From Mobula hypostoma (taxonomy: Eukaryota): a stretch of 64,000 nt of DNA. Where the stretch lies: NCBI RefSeq assembly GCF_963921235.1, contig NC_086097.1:167402001-167466000 (forward strand), read 5' to 3'. Both the position numbers and the translations under genes were made by a program. This document shows, in pieces, positions 63,330-64,000 of this stretch; position 1 is the stretch's first letter, and each line of letters opens with the position of its first letter. The notes under the pieces were generated by a model. The model was not told the origin of the DNA. It searched no databases and worked only from the letters and a program-made list of their open reading frames with translations.

Positions 63330-64000
63330 AGAGGACGGCAGCAGTAATAGTGGACTGTTTAGTTAGCAGGACAGATAGGCGAATCTGTGGGTGTGAAAAA
63401 GGAAGAAGGATAGTAGTTTGCCTCCCAGGTGCCAGGGTTTGTGATGTTTCTGAATACATCCACAATATCCTGAAGTGGGAGGGTGAGTAGACAGAGGTCG
63501 TGATACATAGTAGTACCAACGACATCGGTAGAAAAAGAGAAGAGGACCTAAAAGCAGAAAACAGGGAATTAGGAAAGAAGCTGAGAAGCAGAACCTCAAG
63601 GGCAGTAATCTCGGGATTGCTGCTTGTGCCACACAACAGTGAGTACAGGAATAGAATGAGATGGTGGATAAATGTGTGGCTGAAGGATTGGAGCAGGGGG
63701 CAGGGAATCAGATTTCTGGATCATTGGTACCTTTTCTGGGGCAAGTGTGACCTATACAAAAAGGACACTTGGACCTGATGGGGACCAATATTCTTGCGGG
63801 GATGTTTGCTAATGCTATTGGGGGGGGTTTAATTTAGATTTGCGGGGGCGGGGAAACTGAAGTGAAGAGGCAGAGGATGGGGCAGTTGGCTTACAAGTAG
63901 GGACAGCTGGCAGGGAGTTTGTGAGGAAGGATAGGCAGATGATAGAGCAAAGATACACTCTGCTTGATGGTTTGAGTTGTGTCTATTTTAATGGAGGGAG
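63330..64000 (+). mobile_element. CR1 ORF1 (SGNH esterase) remnant and ORF2 start, runs off the window
   Basis: AAVIVDCLVSRTDRRICG..VVCLPGARV; IHSSTNDIGRK..AVISGLLLVP..INVWLKDW. Confidence 0.9.

Noticed and set aside
1..64000. Uni-strand piRNA cluster
   Set aside because: TE fragments lie on both strands with only a modest minus excess; cannot be supported without small-RNA data.

Overview
Eukaryotic, repeat-dominated, non-genic vertebrate DNA. The repeat cast (CR1 LINEs with SGNH-esterase ORF1, V-SINE/HE1-like and Deu-domain SINEs, Rex1/Babar, fish-type L1, Penelope) points to a cartilaginous fish, probably a ray; this is inference. I found no host protein-coding exon I can support, and nearly all ORFs in the track are retroelement fragments or noise. 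Contents: many decayed or internally deleted CR1 copies, Rex1/Babar LINEs with microsatellite tails, an L1 ORF2 3' part with an open frame, two Tc1/mariner derivatives, tRNA-derived SINEs and a probable solo LTR. Most interesting: (i) Penelope-like (PLE) ~600-bp units with intact minimal hammerhead-ribozyme cores, one pair forming a 1.1-kb inverted insertion with a 12-bp TSD, plus many degenerate hammerhead-bearing short elements; (ii) a 2.5-kb BEL/Pao LTR retrotransposon that keeps both LTRs, PPT, gag and protease-region remnants but lacks RT/RNase H and the integrase core; (iii) a 39-bp minisatellite derived from a CR1 3' end; (iv) a 70-bp locally templated inverted duplication. All family assignments come from motif recognition by eye, not database searches, and boundaries of old elements are approximate.
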